A DNA stretch of 64,000 bases, from NCBI GenBank assembly GCA_052426225.1, contig JBNJNM010000021.1:2418001-2482000 (forward strand), written 5' to 3'. The position numbers and the translations under genes were made by a program. The notes beneath the pieces were generated by a model. The model was not told the DNA's origin and ran no database searches. It saw nothing but the letters and a program-made list of their open reading frames with translations. The DNA is from Zancudomyces culisetae HAW-14-8 (taxonomy: Eukaryota; Fungi; Kickxellomycota). Position 1 is the stretch's first letter. Every line of letters begins with the position of its first letter. Shown one piece after another: positions 26,701 through 38,063 of the stretch.

Positions 26701-29386
26701 ATGAAGGTTATATTGTTTTTTAAAGTTTGTTACAATTAAAATAAGTAGTAAGAGAAAAGCATAAATACACATGAAAAAAAAAACAAAAACATTCATAGTT
26801 ATTAGTTATCCTAGTCTACGTAAACACATGTAAACGAGGGTTATTCGCGGATCGTACTTAGTTAATATTGATAATATGTTTGCTATATTATTTTTAACCA
26901 AATACTAAGGCTTTAGAATACAGTAATCTATTAATAAGTAAAGCTTTACAACTATCAACGTATAGCCGGTTTTCAAACAAGCCCCACCTTTGGTATCATC
27001 CTGAATGAACTAACATAGTGCCACCAGAGAGAAACCAGTTTCAATATATATACATTCTTTTAGGAGAACTATATTCGTTGAGCTAGTTTAATTCAGATAT
27101 ATAAATAATGCTAAACCTTTTCAATGTTTTAAAAAGTATATCCTTAACATGGCCAGTAAACAATATAAATGTTTTCAGGTGTTTTCTATTCATATACTTA
27201 TTTGCTCGCTTAGGATAAAGCAATGTATACGAATTTCTCTGAAGAAAAAGAACTAGAGTTTTTAATGCTGACTCTAAAGGTGCTAAAGTACACCGTGCGC
27301 TTACAATTGTCCCCGTAGCGTCTAAACAGTTTGTTTTAGGTTGATTTCATTATTTGAGCTATATTATTTATTTTTATGGTGAGATATTTTTGTGATACTA
27401 ATTTAGTAAATCATCTAAAAAAAAGATTGGAGAGATAAGTTATTGGTTTCTAGCTCAGGGAAGACGGTGTTTGTTTTTTTTCCGGTTTAAAAGTAGATCA
27501 GTTAATCTATTTGTCGTTTTTTTTTTGCCTGAATAATCGAATTTGATATTTTCAATTAATCATTCTAAGGTAATAACTTGTAGAGATTTTGATGATAGTA
27601 CCCATAAAAGTGGTATCACCATCATTTCAGGTTGATATTATTGGATGCCAATTTACTCTTCTACTATTGTGTCTGTTTTTGTAAAAGAAAAGAAGAATCC
27701 GCTCTTTTTCAAGATAATAAAAAACCGACAAAAGTAGCAAAAATGACATTATCCTGTTTTTAACAAACAATTTTCAAGGTACATTATTATTATATCAACT
27801 ATTTTTTACAATTCTTTGTAATATTTAGTAATTGCTTGAGAGATTTTCAATATACGTAATTAATATATAGATTTGAAAATACAATTCGTAAGTTTAAATT
27901 ACAGAGAAAAACTGACCATGCCGCTGATGTGGCACTGTTGGAGTATATGACTTGCCTTTACAATTTATATTTGGAAACTTTTATGGTGTTTAACTGCAAG
28001 GTGGATAAAATTTCATATCAGTTGATCTGATATATTTTCAAGCTTTGATTTGTGAGAATTTATCTTTTAATTTCGAATGTAAAAAATATATGGACTGGGT
28101 TCCATTAAATTTTAACCAACAACATTCTAGATTGACTTGATGTCATCAAAACGATTTTTTTTAAAAAGTTTACACATCCATTCTTTAGTGTAGTTTCGAC
28201 CTTTTTCGGCCAAGCTGAGTCAGTTTTTTGTATTCATACAAGAGAAATTATATGACTTAAAATTGTTTATTTATATTTAACTTTCCCTGTTGATGCTGAT
28301 TGAAAGTATGAAAGAGCTTTTTATTTCTGATTTTAGGTCTACGGAAATTAGATTTATTTAACCTGAGGTGAATTTTGAGGATTGTATTTTTCTTTGTCTA
28401 ATTATTTACAAACCATTCATACATTTTTGGAATGCCATTTTCCTAATATGTATGAATTGTTCACTCAGCTAGGGCTCTATTTGTGTTTAATCTCAAACAC
28501 CATCTCAACTCTTTGTGACACCTTTGCTACTTTTTCTAGCAAAAAAAATCACTTGTAGATGATTCTAACAAAGCACGAAACTATTTTTGGTCTATATAAA
28601 TTCGGCTCTAAAGCCTTTTATTTTACAATCTATTTAATAAGCATCATTTGATACTTACTAAGATTTATTTTCACTACCCTTTTACAAAAAAAGCTAAAAA
28701 TATTAAACCCTGATAATAATAATTATTATTTCAAGAACTGGGACCTCGTCGGCCTCAACAGCTTTTAAATAACGTGAATTATCAGCTAGAATAAAAAGTC
28801 TGAAACATGGGATACCAAGCTTCAGCTGTGCAACAAGGGTAATGGAACCTGTCCAAAACAATTGCTGGACTGGTAAATTATAATCAAAGCACGCAATGTA
28901 CCTTTTTTTTCTAGATAATTCTTTCTCAATTTTCCCAATTTAGGTGGTAATCGGCAGGCTGAAATCAGGAGATTCATCAGCTTTAATATTATTTTAATTA
29001 GAACTTATTAGCCAAATTTGAATGTACAAATTATTTTAGTGAAAAAAAAAAGCGAACTAGTTTACTAGCACAAATGTAGTTGTTATTTCACATTTGCACA
29101 ATTATTTTTCTCACAATTACATTATTAAACAATCATTTTTACTTCATATTACCAAATAAAACTGATCCGGAGAAAAATGAATAGCTAACATATGATAAAC
29201 AATTATTGGAAATGAATTGTAGCAGTAATTATGAAATACAATGTTTATTAGAAGTTGATTTGGTCGAAATGTACATTAATATTTGTAATTTACGCGTATT
29301 GAGAGTTGATAGGATTCTCCTTTAAACCTAGCATCCAAAATAAGTTTTGTATAAATATTTAGATTGGAATAAACATAAGGAATGTT

Positions 29387-31502
29387 ATAAAAACAACTGA
29401 ATATGGAAATTGTCAAGTTGGCATTTTAAACACAAAAGCATCCTACTATCTCTAGGCTTCAAACCAGAGACATCCTTTTAAACTGAATAAAGTTTTTTTT
29501 TCCTATAAAACTTTCTAGTAGGTATATAGACAACAGCAATCAAAGAGAAATGGAAAGATCAGTTCTGGGGTTGAGCTTTTACGTACACGACTATATTCTG
29601 AGTGTATTACTTTCAATACAGTTTGTTGACGACCTTGTGTTGTTTGCAACTGAGAGCGAATATAGACACATACTGGCAAATCTTATTTACCTACCATTAT
29701 TGGTATGTGATATAAAATGGCTATTAAAATACATCGTCTCGGATCAATGGCTACAAGAAATACTGGTTTTTATTAAGAACATGATTTTGCTTTATCTGTG
29801 TTGTTACCAGATATCAGCAACAATCAGAAAAACAGTAAAGGAGCTAGCCGTGCCCTATGGTTTAAAAAAAGTAAAATGCATAGAGGCTGGTATTAGCCGT
29901 AATTCTTCGGAAAGGTCCAGAGACGACAGAGACGACAGAGACGAGCGTGAAGTTTACAGCAAGCACATGAACCAAAATCTGTGTATAATTAATACGAATA
30001 AAAGGAGAAGTGTTTTGATCGGCGGAAGGTTTTCATCAGAATATGTAAAGCATCCAGACATAATATTCAATAAAAATCGGGCTTTCCTAAAAAATCACCA
30101 CAAATACACAATATTATCCAGAGGAATGCACGTAAATGATATTCTATACAGCAGATACTTGTTACACTTTCTGTCGTATGTCGATTTGAGCGAATCGATG
30201 GAGGCAATTCAACCAACTCTGGAACAAGTAATTAGAAGAGAAATTATATCATCTGGAAGCGTGTATAATGGAAATGAGGTTGTGGTTAACAACTTGTATG
30301 AGACAGTAAAAAATATGGTTAGATTCGCCATAGTATTTAGATTTTTTGGACCATATGCAATAAAGGATAAGGATTTGGTCGAAAGTTTGAAAAAAGTGAT
30401 GAAGCCAGTCAATATTGGAAGCGATAATGATCAGAATTTTTTTTCAGCACTATTTACTGCGGGATATTTGGGCAATAACTACTTTTTTGAATATTTTGAA
30501 CTTGAGTCGAGTCGCAGAAAATATCTTCCCGAGTATAGTAAACCAAAGGACATAATACAATTTTTTACAGACAATTTTAGCATTTTCCAAGCGGAGCTAA
30601 CGAGTGTAGCGTATTGTATACAGACGATTGTTGCGGTTGGAGTGGAAGTGGCATCAAGGCGGATGTTTAACTTATTTGTAGAGCTTAGTCTGAGGCCTGA
30701 CGTCTACAAAGAGTTGCTGCAGGAGCAACAAGATCTAATTAAAAAAAATGGTGGTAACAACCATATTCCATTTGAGATGTTGGACGAAATGGTGTACTTG
30801 GATGCGTTCATTAAAGAAACGATCAGGCTTTCGGGGTCGGATTTATTCATGCCCCGTTGCACAACCCAGGAAGTAGTGATGTCTAATGGGGTAAGTATTT
30901 CTAAACACCAATACGTGAGTTTTAACATTCAGGCGCATAATAGAGATCCCAAGATATTTGGGCCAAATGCGAATGAATTCGACTACAAGCGACACATTCG
31001 TCTTGGGCTGAAACTAACAGATGCTTCGTTGGCTAATTTGATGTGGGGTGCTGGCAATCGGGTCTGTTTAGCAAGAATATATGCAGCTGCACTTATGAAG
31101 CTGATGTTAGCGATGATCATTAGAAAATACGAGATATGCTCTAACTACTCAATTCAAAAAGACAAACACAGGCAAACCAATTACTCTCACTATACATCAC
31201 TTAGTGATTTTTGCATAAACAGGGGACTGTACTTTAAGATTCGTTGATTATGTAGTGTACTACATTTTTTTGTTGCTTTGGTCAATAGTTAACTAAATAA
31301 AGCGAAGATAATGATGTTTTCGATATCCGATCAAAGAGTAAAAGCAGTAGAATAAAGAGAGAGAAAGTGAAAAAGTGAAAGAGAGAAAGAGAGAAATAAA
31401 AAAGAACAAGGGAAATGAGCAATAAGTATTGAGTAGTGAGTATTTTGTATTGTGTATTGTGTATTGTGTATCAACTTTTTTTTAATGATATTCGATAGTT
31501 TT
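29387..31502 (+). repeat. Direct repeat unit B of the P450 duplication
   Basis: Matches 18080-20206. Confidence 0.9.
29550..31247 (+). CDS. Cytochrome P450, copy 2 (intronless)
   Basis: Near-identical to 18244-19923 with the same ETIR and WGAGNRVCLA motifs. Confidence 0.92.
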   Translation: MERSVLGLSFYVHDYILSVLLSIQFVDDLVLFATESEYRHILANLIYLPLLVCDIKWLLKYIVSDQWLQEILVFIKNMILLYLCCYQISATIRKTVKELAVPYGLKKVKCIEAGISRNSSERSRDDRDDRDEREVYSKHMNQNLCIINTNKRRSVLIGGRFSSEYVKHPDIIFNKNRAFLKNHHKYTILSRGMHVNDILYSRYLLHFLSYVDLSESMEAIQPTLEQVIRREIISSGSVYNGNEVVVNNLYETVKNMVRFAIVFRFFGPYAIKDKDLVESLKKVMKPVNIGSDNDQNFFSALFTAGYLGNNYFFEYFELESSRRKYLPEYSKPKDIIQFFTDNFSIFQAELTSVAYCIQTIVAVGVEVASRRMFNLFVELSLRPDVYKELLQEQQDLIKKNGGNNHIPFEMLDEMVYLDAFIKETIRLSGSDLFMPRCTTQEVVMSNGVSISKHQYVSFNIQAHNRDPKIFGPNANEFDYKRHIRLGLKLTDASLANLMWGAGNRVCLARIYAAALMKLMLAMIIRKYEICSNYSIQKDKHRQTNYSHYTSLSDFCINRGLYFKIR

Positions 31503-31645
31503 TTTTTCTTGGTTTACTAGTAATTTCTAAAAACACACATTGATGAACCTTTATTTTGCTAGAGATATTAAAGCCTTTACTGAGCTCAAAAAAATATATT
31601 AAACAGAATTAAATAAACGCATAGAATTTTAAAAAACTGGAATCA

Positions 31646-34600
31646 TTACGACAATAAAAATCCAGATTTCGAGTTTATTGCATATAGGAGCTTCTCTTTC
31701 AAGACAGCGCGGTTAGAGTAAACGGGGAGTTTTAGCAGGTTAACACATGTGGAAGAGGAGGGCAGCCTACCGCATTTAAACTCGTACTCAAAAGAGCCGG
31801 CTTCAAGCTGGTTGGTGGAGCTGGAGCCAGGGCTAGAGCTTGGGTTATGGTCTGGCCCAGAAACATTGGGGGACTGTTCGGTGGTTAGCGGAATTCCCTG
31901 AATACAGAACTTAGGGTTGAGATTGGAAAACCCACCCTGTGGAGGCAGCTCGCTGCTTGTAACAAACTTGAGTAGCAACCTCTTTTCATTGTCTTGCAGC
32001 GAGTTTTCAACAATATCCCAAAACATTTCAATAGTCTTTAGGTGTTTTTTTCTATCCTCTTCCACTTTTCCCTTTGCTCTTTCACTGTCAGCTGTAAATG
32101 CGCCAAAATAATTATTCGGTTGGGGTTGATCAAAAAGACCAGAGTAAACTGTGTTTGCCTTCCAGTCAGCTATATCAATAGAACTATAACAGCTCGACCC
32201 ATTTAGCAGTTCCATTCCCTCAGAATAGTTTGACATACCTGTCAAAAAGGTATTAAGCTCATTGGGACTTGCAAACAAAGCTCTATAGAAACTAAATGGT
32301 GTAATTGAAAATACACCATCTAAAAACGCCATCTGTGACTCACTGCAATTCAAGTTATTCAGCTTAAAGCTAACCATTTGGTGGATGTAGTATTCAACAG
32401 ACTCGTTCGTAACTTGCTTGAAGTTATTGAAATTTTCTCTAGTTAATTTGACCAGAGGAAAATCAACTCCATATTTCCCCTTAGAACCGCCATCATAGTT
32501 AATAACATTGAAATTCAAGTTTTCAAGTTCAGTGCTATGTTTTTTAAGCCCTAGAGTGTCTAAATCATAAACAAAGCTTTTATCTGCAGAGACGGTAAAG
32601 TCTAATCCGTAAAGCAGATCCACCTGTGAAGCTTTGTCCTTAGATTTAGTATATAATTCAACCAATCCCTTATAAAGCTCATAGTCATATTCGGCCAAAT
32701 CTTCAAGCCCAAATGACAGTCCCAACCAGCGTTTTAAGAAAAAGTCCGAAAATCTTAATGGAAGCTTAACCAGGCGGTAATTAACTAGCGTTTTTGCTAC
32801 AATTGCCCCCGAGTATCGCAACATCTGACATCTCTCCTCTCTTCCTCCCTCACTGCCATTGACAAATTCAGTGGGGTGCAATCTGTATTGCTGTTGTTTT
32901 TCTACTGAATTTCCACCAACGTCTGTGATACTTTCCGTATTTTCAGTTAAGGAGAATAAATTGTTTTTGATGTCAAAAATATAGTCTTGAGTAGACTCCA
33001 TAAACTCTCTGTACACACCTCCTCCATCAATCCCTGGCTCGTTAAACCCATGTGCATCTATAAAATTGATTTTGAAATCCAACTTGAAGCCATCTCCTGG
33101 TGAAAGATGATTAATCATCGAAGAATAATGGTAGTTTTCATTGTGCTCGTTGTCAGTACTCTGTGCATTGCCCAAGAGAATGGGACTCAATACGTTAAAC
33201 CCATCATAAAACACTTTGTCTCTCCTCACAGTTAGCGCTACACCTTGATCCAAATGCATAGATGAATGAAGAAACATTGATGAGCCCCGGTGCTGATTGA
33301 TATAAAACTCGTATATCAGTGTTCTTATCCTCCCCATATCTTTTCCAATAAGAGCATTAAAAATTGTTACTCGCTCATTTAGTGGAATTACAAATGGCAT
33401 TTCCATCAAGACTTGTATCCGATTGTTTATAGTCGACAATGATTTCCCGCTACCGAGGTTAAAACTGTGTACATTCGAACCCACACTATTCGCCCCATTT
33501 GCAAAGCCAGACCCACTGGTTCCCATACTTCCGTTGCGAGACCCCTCCCTCCGCTCTGTGTCAGTTATACTACCATCCTTTTTCTCACCACTCTCCTCGT
33601 TGCTGTTATCACTATCATACTCACCATCATCATCATCATCATCATCATCAATATCCATTGCATCTTTATTTTTTTTTGCAAGGGTATGTTCAAGTGTACT
33701 CAGATAGTTTGTAAATTCTTGATCGTTTACTATTTTGCTGCTATATCCACCAATAGACAATTGCTGGTACCCACCAATTACCCAGGCATGCTTTGTTCCT
33801 GTCCATTTTGTTTTTTCATCCAGTAAAAAGAGTTTGTATGCCAATGCCACACTTATCTTTTTTAGTCTAGCAAAGTTGCTGCCTTCAACTTTGATTTTGT
33901 CTATACCCCTCCACACTATTATAAACCCGATATTTCTGGCCACTCTTCCCAACCTTCTCATTCCATCTACACTTAACAATATTTCGGGTCCGATGGATTT
34001 GCCATTATTGTGGCCAATCAGATCCAAAAATTCATAACATGTAGTTCTATTGACCTTCTCAAAGACCAACTTCATTAAAAGCTCCAATACCCCCCATTTA
34101 TCTCTATTCATCTCTATACTCCCATTTTTTTCAAATGTATTTTTACTAAAGAGTAGCCCCGATTGAAATACATCTGTTGAATATTTATCCGCATTAACCC
34201 TCTCTTCACTTAGATTTACAACAAGCTCCTCGTCTTTGACTATACTCCACATTTCCTCCAAAATCTCTTCGCCCTTTGCGCTATCTAATATAATCATTCT
34301 TATGGTCCTCTCTACAGTTTCTTTGCTTCTCAACATCAGCTTCACAATATAGTTGATTACTTTGAATTTATAACTTTCTGAAACAGTATCCGTTACTATA
34401 ATGCTCAGTATTCTTTCTATCATTTCTTGTTCAAAAATCCCTTTGACCATCTTGTACTGTTTGTGGGTATCTTTGTTTGCAATGCTTTTTAGATTGTCTA
34501 TCCATAAATCTGTTGCCTCTAAGTATAAACCCATCCACCCTTCATTCCCACCATTTTCTAGTTTTATTCGTGGTATTATGAATCCTGCTATGTTGCTAAG

Positions 34601-35668
34601 AACATTGAGTCCTGTCGCTTCACGGTCATTTTGCAAATTGCGTCCCACCTTTTCTATTTCTATTATTTTTTTTAATATAGCCCACCATGCCCTTTCTTTT
34701 GCAGCTATCTCCAGAACTGCATTCTGGACACGTATTTGTAGAGGACCTATTAAATATACGAACCCGGGCCTGACTCTTGCCAGCTTCACAGCCAACCCAC
34801 CAACTTTTGTTACGATTCCTCCCACTATATACTTAATAGTGTTTTTCGATTGTTCTGGATCGTTTTCTGTGCCATCGGCATCTTCAAAGGCCTTTATAAT
34901 CAAGTAGGATACAAGACCAAGCACATTCACACAAATTTCATCTTTATTCAAATAATACTGCTCAAGAAGTTGACCCAAACTCCAAAGGTACCCTTCGGTA
35001 GCATTCAAGTCGGAGTAGAATTGGCATTCCTGTGACCCTAGTCTTATTATTACTTTCAATATATTTAGCAGCGTCTCTGCTCGCTCTTGAGAATCTAATA
35101 TTTGATAATTATCAAATCCTGCATCGCCCTTTGTCATCTTTCTCAAAAATACTTTTAAAACGCCAGCAAGTAAATGAATTTTGTAAATTTTGTTGCCTAT
35201 ATATTCATTTTCTGAATTCTTGCTAGGATTAAAATCGGAATCCGCATTTACAGCCTCAATATTACCAAATTCGCGTTCCTCGATCATTTTAAGAACCCTT
35301 CTTAATAGCATATTGTCTTGTTTTGTTCTTATCCCCCTAAAAACCACACTAGATTTTAGTAAGACTTCTAAATAATGATATTGTAGCTTGTAATTGGACC
35401 CATTTTGCTTAGTACTTTCATATTCAAGAATTTCGGATTCCAACCCCTTTTCTTGAAGCACATAAAATGCCCTCCTTTCCACCGCTCTCCGATATTGCGC
35501 CTGAATAACCGAGGCTGCTTTGTTTCTTTGTCTCTCATTCTCTCTTCTTTCCCTTTCTCTAATCGCATTCTTGTACACATCTTTGATACCAGCACTGCCA
35601 AGTTTCTCTTTTTTACCACCAAGACTTATCCTTGGGGTATTTTTTGTTGAGCCTGTAAACGAGTACAT
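31646..35668 (-). CDS. HECT E3 ubiquitin ligase, UBE3C/Hul5-like
   Basis: N-terminal ISLGG and IQ motif (IQAQYRR), MPFVIPLNERV, EPGIDGGGVYREF, LLKFVTS...PP.GF, RLPSSSTCVNLLKLPVY, SGFLLS. Confidence 0.93.
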   Translation of the reverse strand: MYSFTGSTKNTPRISLGGKKEKLGSAGIKDVYKNAIRERERRENERQRNKAASVIQAQYRRAVERRAFYVLQEKGLESEILEYESTKQNGSNYKLQYHYLEVLLKSSVVFRGIRTKQDNMLLRRVLKMIEEREFGNIEAVNADSDFNPSKNSENEYIGNKIYKIHLLAGVLKVFLRKMTKGDAGFDNYQILDSQERAETLLNILKVIIRLGSQECQFYSDLNATEGYLWSLGQLLEQYYLNKDEICVNVLGLVSYLIIKAFEDADGTENDPEQSKNTIKYIVGGIVTKVGGLAVKLARVRPGFVYLIGPLQIRVQNAVLEIAAKERAWWAILKKIIEIEKVGRNLQNDREATGLNVLSNIAGFIIPRIKLENGGNEGWMGLYLEATDLWIDNLKSIANKDTHKQYKMVKGIFEQEMIERILSIIVTDTVSESYKFKVINYIVKLMLRSKETVERTIRMIILDSAKGEEILEEMWSIVKDEELVVNLSEERVNADKYSTDVFQSGLLFSKNTFEKNGSIEMNRDKWGVLELLMKLVFEKVNRTTCYEFLDLIGHNNGKSIGPEILLSVDGMRRLGRVARNIGFIIVWRGIDKIKVEGSNFARLKKISVALAYKLFLLDEKTKWTGTKHAWVIGGYQQLSIGGYSSKIVNDQEFTNYLSTLEHTLAKKNKDAMDIDDDDDDDDGEYDSDNSNEESGEKKDGSITDTERREGSRNGSMGTSGSGFANGANSVGSNVHSFNLGSGKSLSTINNRIQVLMEMPFVIPLNERVTIFNALIGKDMGRIRTLIYEFYINQHRGSSMFLHSSMHLDQGVALTVRRDKVFYDGFNVLSPILLGNAQSTDNEHNENYHYSSMINHLSPGDGFKLDFKINFIDAHGFNEPGIDGGGVYREFMESTQDYIFDIKNNLFSLTENTESITDVGGNSVEKQQQYRLHPTEFVNGSEGGREERCQMLRYSGAIVAKTLVNYRLVKLPLRFSDFFLKRWLGLSFGLEDLAEYDYELYKGLVELYTKSKDKASQVDLLYGLDFTVSADKSFVYDLDTLGLKKHSTELENLNFNVINYDGGSKGKYGVDFPLVKLTRENFNNFKQVTNESVEYYIHQMVSFKLNNLNCSESQMAFLDGVFSITPFSFYRALFASPNELNTFLTGMSNYSEGMELLNGSSCYSSIDIADWKANTVYSGLFDQPQPNNYFGAFTADSERAKGKVEEDRKKHLKTIEMFWDIVENSLQDNEKRLLLKFVTSSELPPQGGFSNLNPKFCIQGIPLTTEQSPNVSGPDHNPSSSPGSSSTNQLEAGSFEYEFKCGRLPSSSTCVNLLKLPVYSNRAVLKEKLLYAINSKSGFLLS

Positions 35669-36307
35669 TTTGTATATTGTTCTTATAAAGCACTTTAAAT
35701 CCTCTGTTGCTGCACACCTCCTTCTTTAATAAATTAAACTAGTAAAAAAAATATTGTGTCGTGGTAAAATTAATTTGGATTGATTCCTGCCTGTGATATG
35801 TTGTGAGTTAGAAAAAAGAGGAAACACTCTTATACTTACGTGTGACAATGTTTAATTCTAAAGGCAATAATTTTTTTGTTGATTGTACTTCTCCTTGTGT
35901 ACTATCTGTCTATTTCTGTGTATTTAGTACTGAACCCAATCCATCAAATTTGCTTTTAGCTGTTAGTTCTGGCTAACATCAGTTAAGAAGTGTTTGCACT
36001 TTTTGACAATAACAAATAACATTGTTCAATCTGCATTAATATCCTCAAAAGTGACAAATCTATTCGTTATTTTCTGAAAATGTCATAGGATAAAGCTAAC
36101 TAATCTTAGTCGAAATATAGCAACGGTTATAATTTTTTCACAGATTTATTTACCCAATAAGCACGCATTAGTGTTTCAATAAAAATTGCGGCACGAAAAT
36201 GAAAAAAAAATTTCCATCAAAAAATCTCGATGGTTTAAAAAAAAAAAAGTAATTTCCACTTCTTCCAACTCAAGATTTTGAAGAACCGAGAACAAGTTTC
36301 CACTCAT

Positions 36308-36640
36308 GTAAGTATTAACATTAATTGATCATAAGGTAGCCGACTTCAACTCTGAGGCATATATCTGTATATCATAATGAATTTGCTATGACATGCTACG
36401 CTCGAACCTTTTTTACGCGTTCGAATGTATATTATTTTGCTGATTACATTTTGGATTCAAAATTATCAGAGTGGTTAGTGGTTTAATTTGGTTTGGGTTG
36501 TAAAGTTGTTAATCTTTATGGATTCAATTTTATATCAGAGCTATGGGCTGTTAATTCGGAAATTTTCTATTTTGATTATTTTGTGGTAATTAGATTTAAA
36601 GCATTTAACTAATAATACCAACTGGTATACTATCTTATAG
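36308..36640 (+). other. 5'-UTR intron of RPS12
   Basis: GTAAGT donor at 36308, CTAAT branch at 36609, TATAG acceptor at 36640, upstream of ATG 36746. Confidence 0.65.
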
Positions 36641-36745
36641 TAAAGACGTCTGGAGATTTAGAAATCGCTATCAACTTTTCGAACAACGAAAATTGTATAT
36701 TCAGTCCGCTTTTTCAATAACCAACAAAACGAAAAATAAGTAAAA

Positions 36746-37180
36746 ATGTCTTCAGAAGGAGATGTCGTGGCAACTAACAACGAGGTTGAGGTAGTCTCAA
36801 CTTCAATGAAATCAGGAATGTCTGTTGAGGATGCTCTCCAACAGGTCTTGAAGAAGGCTTTGATCCACGGTGGTTTGGCCAGAGGATTGAGAGAATCAGT
36901 AAAGGCTCTCGATCGTCGTGATGCATACCTTTGTGTATTGTGCGAGGCCTGCGAACAAGCCGAGATTGTTACATTGGTTGAGGCTCTTTGTGCCGAACAC
37001 AAGATCCACCTCATCAAGGTCAGCGATGCCAAGAAATTGGGTGAATGGGCTGGTCTATGCAAGGTCGATCGTGAGGGTAACGCAAGAAAGGTCGTAGGTG
37101 CCAGTGTTGTCGTTGTTAGAAACTGGGGTGAGGAATCAGAGGGACGTGATGTTTTGCTTGAACACTTCAAGACCCACTAA
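36746..37180 (+). CDS. RPS12: 40S ribosomal protein S12 (eS12)
   Basis: [45 protein letters not shown]; strong codon bias. Confidence 0.97.
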   Translation: MSSEGDVVATNNEVEVVSTSMKSGMSVEDALQQVLKKALIHGGLARGLRESVKALDRRDAYLCVLCEACEQAEIVTLVEALCAEHKIHLIKVSDAKKLGEWAGLCKVDREGNARKVVGASVVVVRNWGEESEGRDVLLEHFKTH

Positions 37181-38063
37181 ATCTAGCCACTGCTGTTTAG
37201 ACTTTTTTTTAAATTTGTTTTGCATTTTAAATAAAAGGTATTAAACAAAAGGATCCTATTAGTAGATTTTCAATATTTTCACAGGTATATCTCAAACGAT
37301 CCTTAGTATGGAGAATATGGGATTGTATTCCCAATTTGTAAGGTAATAGTTTTTGCTTTTACCTTAATGGCTTTGGAGCAATTGAGGCATGTCTATATCT
37401 AACACTGTACTTTCGGCTGGAGCACGAGGTTCTATGTACCATTGTGAGAGCTGATGGAAAATATAGATGTTTAGCTAAATTGGAGTTTGTAATTTTGCTC
37501 TTTTCGTATCCCTGGTTTATTATCATAATAGACCAAGTAAAATAGACAAAGGCTATGAACTCTTCGATTCCACCAGCCCGTTTTCGCGTGTCCATCTTGT
37601 ATTTTGATTAACTTCTTGATACCCCCATTATATTATGTCCTGTTTTATTTATTTAGTATACATATATACAAAGTGTGGAGTACTTTTATTGGCTCAATGG
37701 CGCATCCTTAAAAGGATAACAATATTTGACCCTGTTTAGTATGTTTTATTAAAAAGCATTTTTCACACTAGTTACGAAAACAATATAAAATATTACCCGG
37801 TGTTATTAGAGTAAGTATAGTTTTGTCCTTTTTTTTTTTGTTGTCAATGTTGATTTATTTAGGTCAAATTTGCTGTTTAGCTTAAACACCATATTTCCAA
37901 TGGCTCACACTTCGAATTTCTTATAAACCCCCTATCTCGCTTTTTTTACCTTAACAATTAGATTCTATCTTGTACCTTTTAAATTCAATTGAAACATTAG
38001 TAAAACATTATAGTAACAAACATTAGTATTGACCTTGCAACTGAGTTTATAAAACTAATTGAA

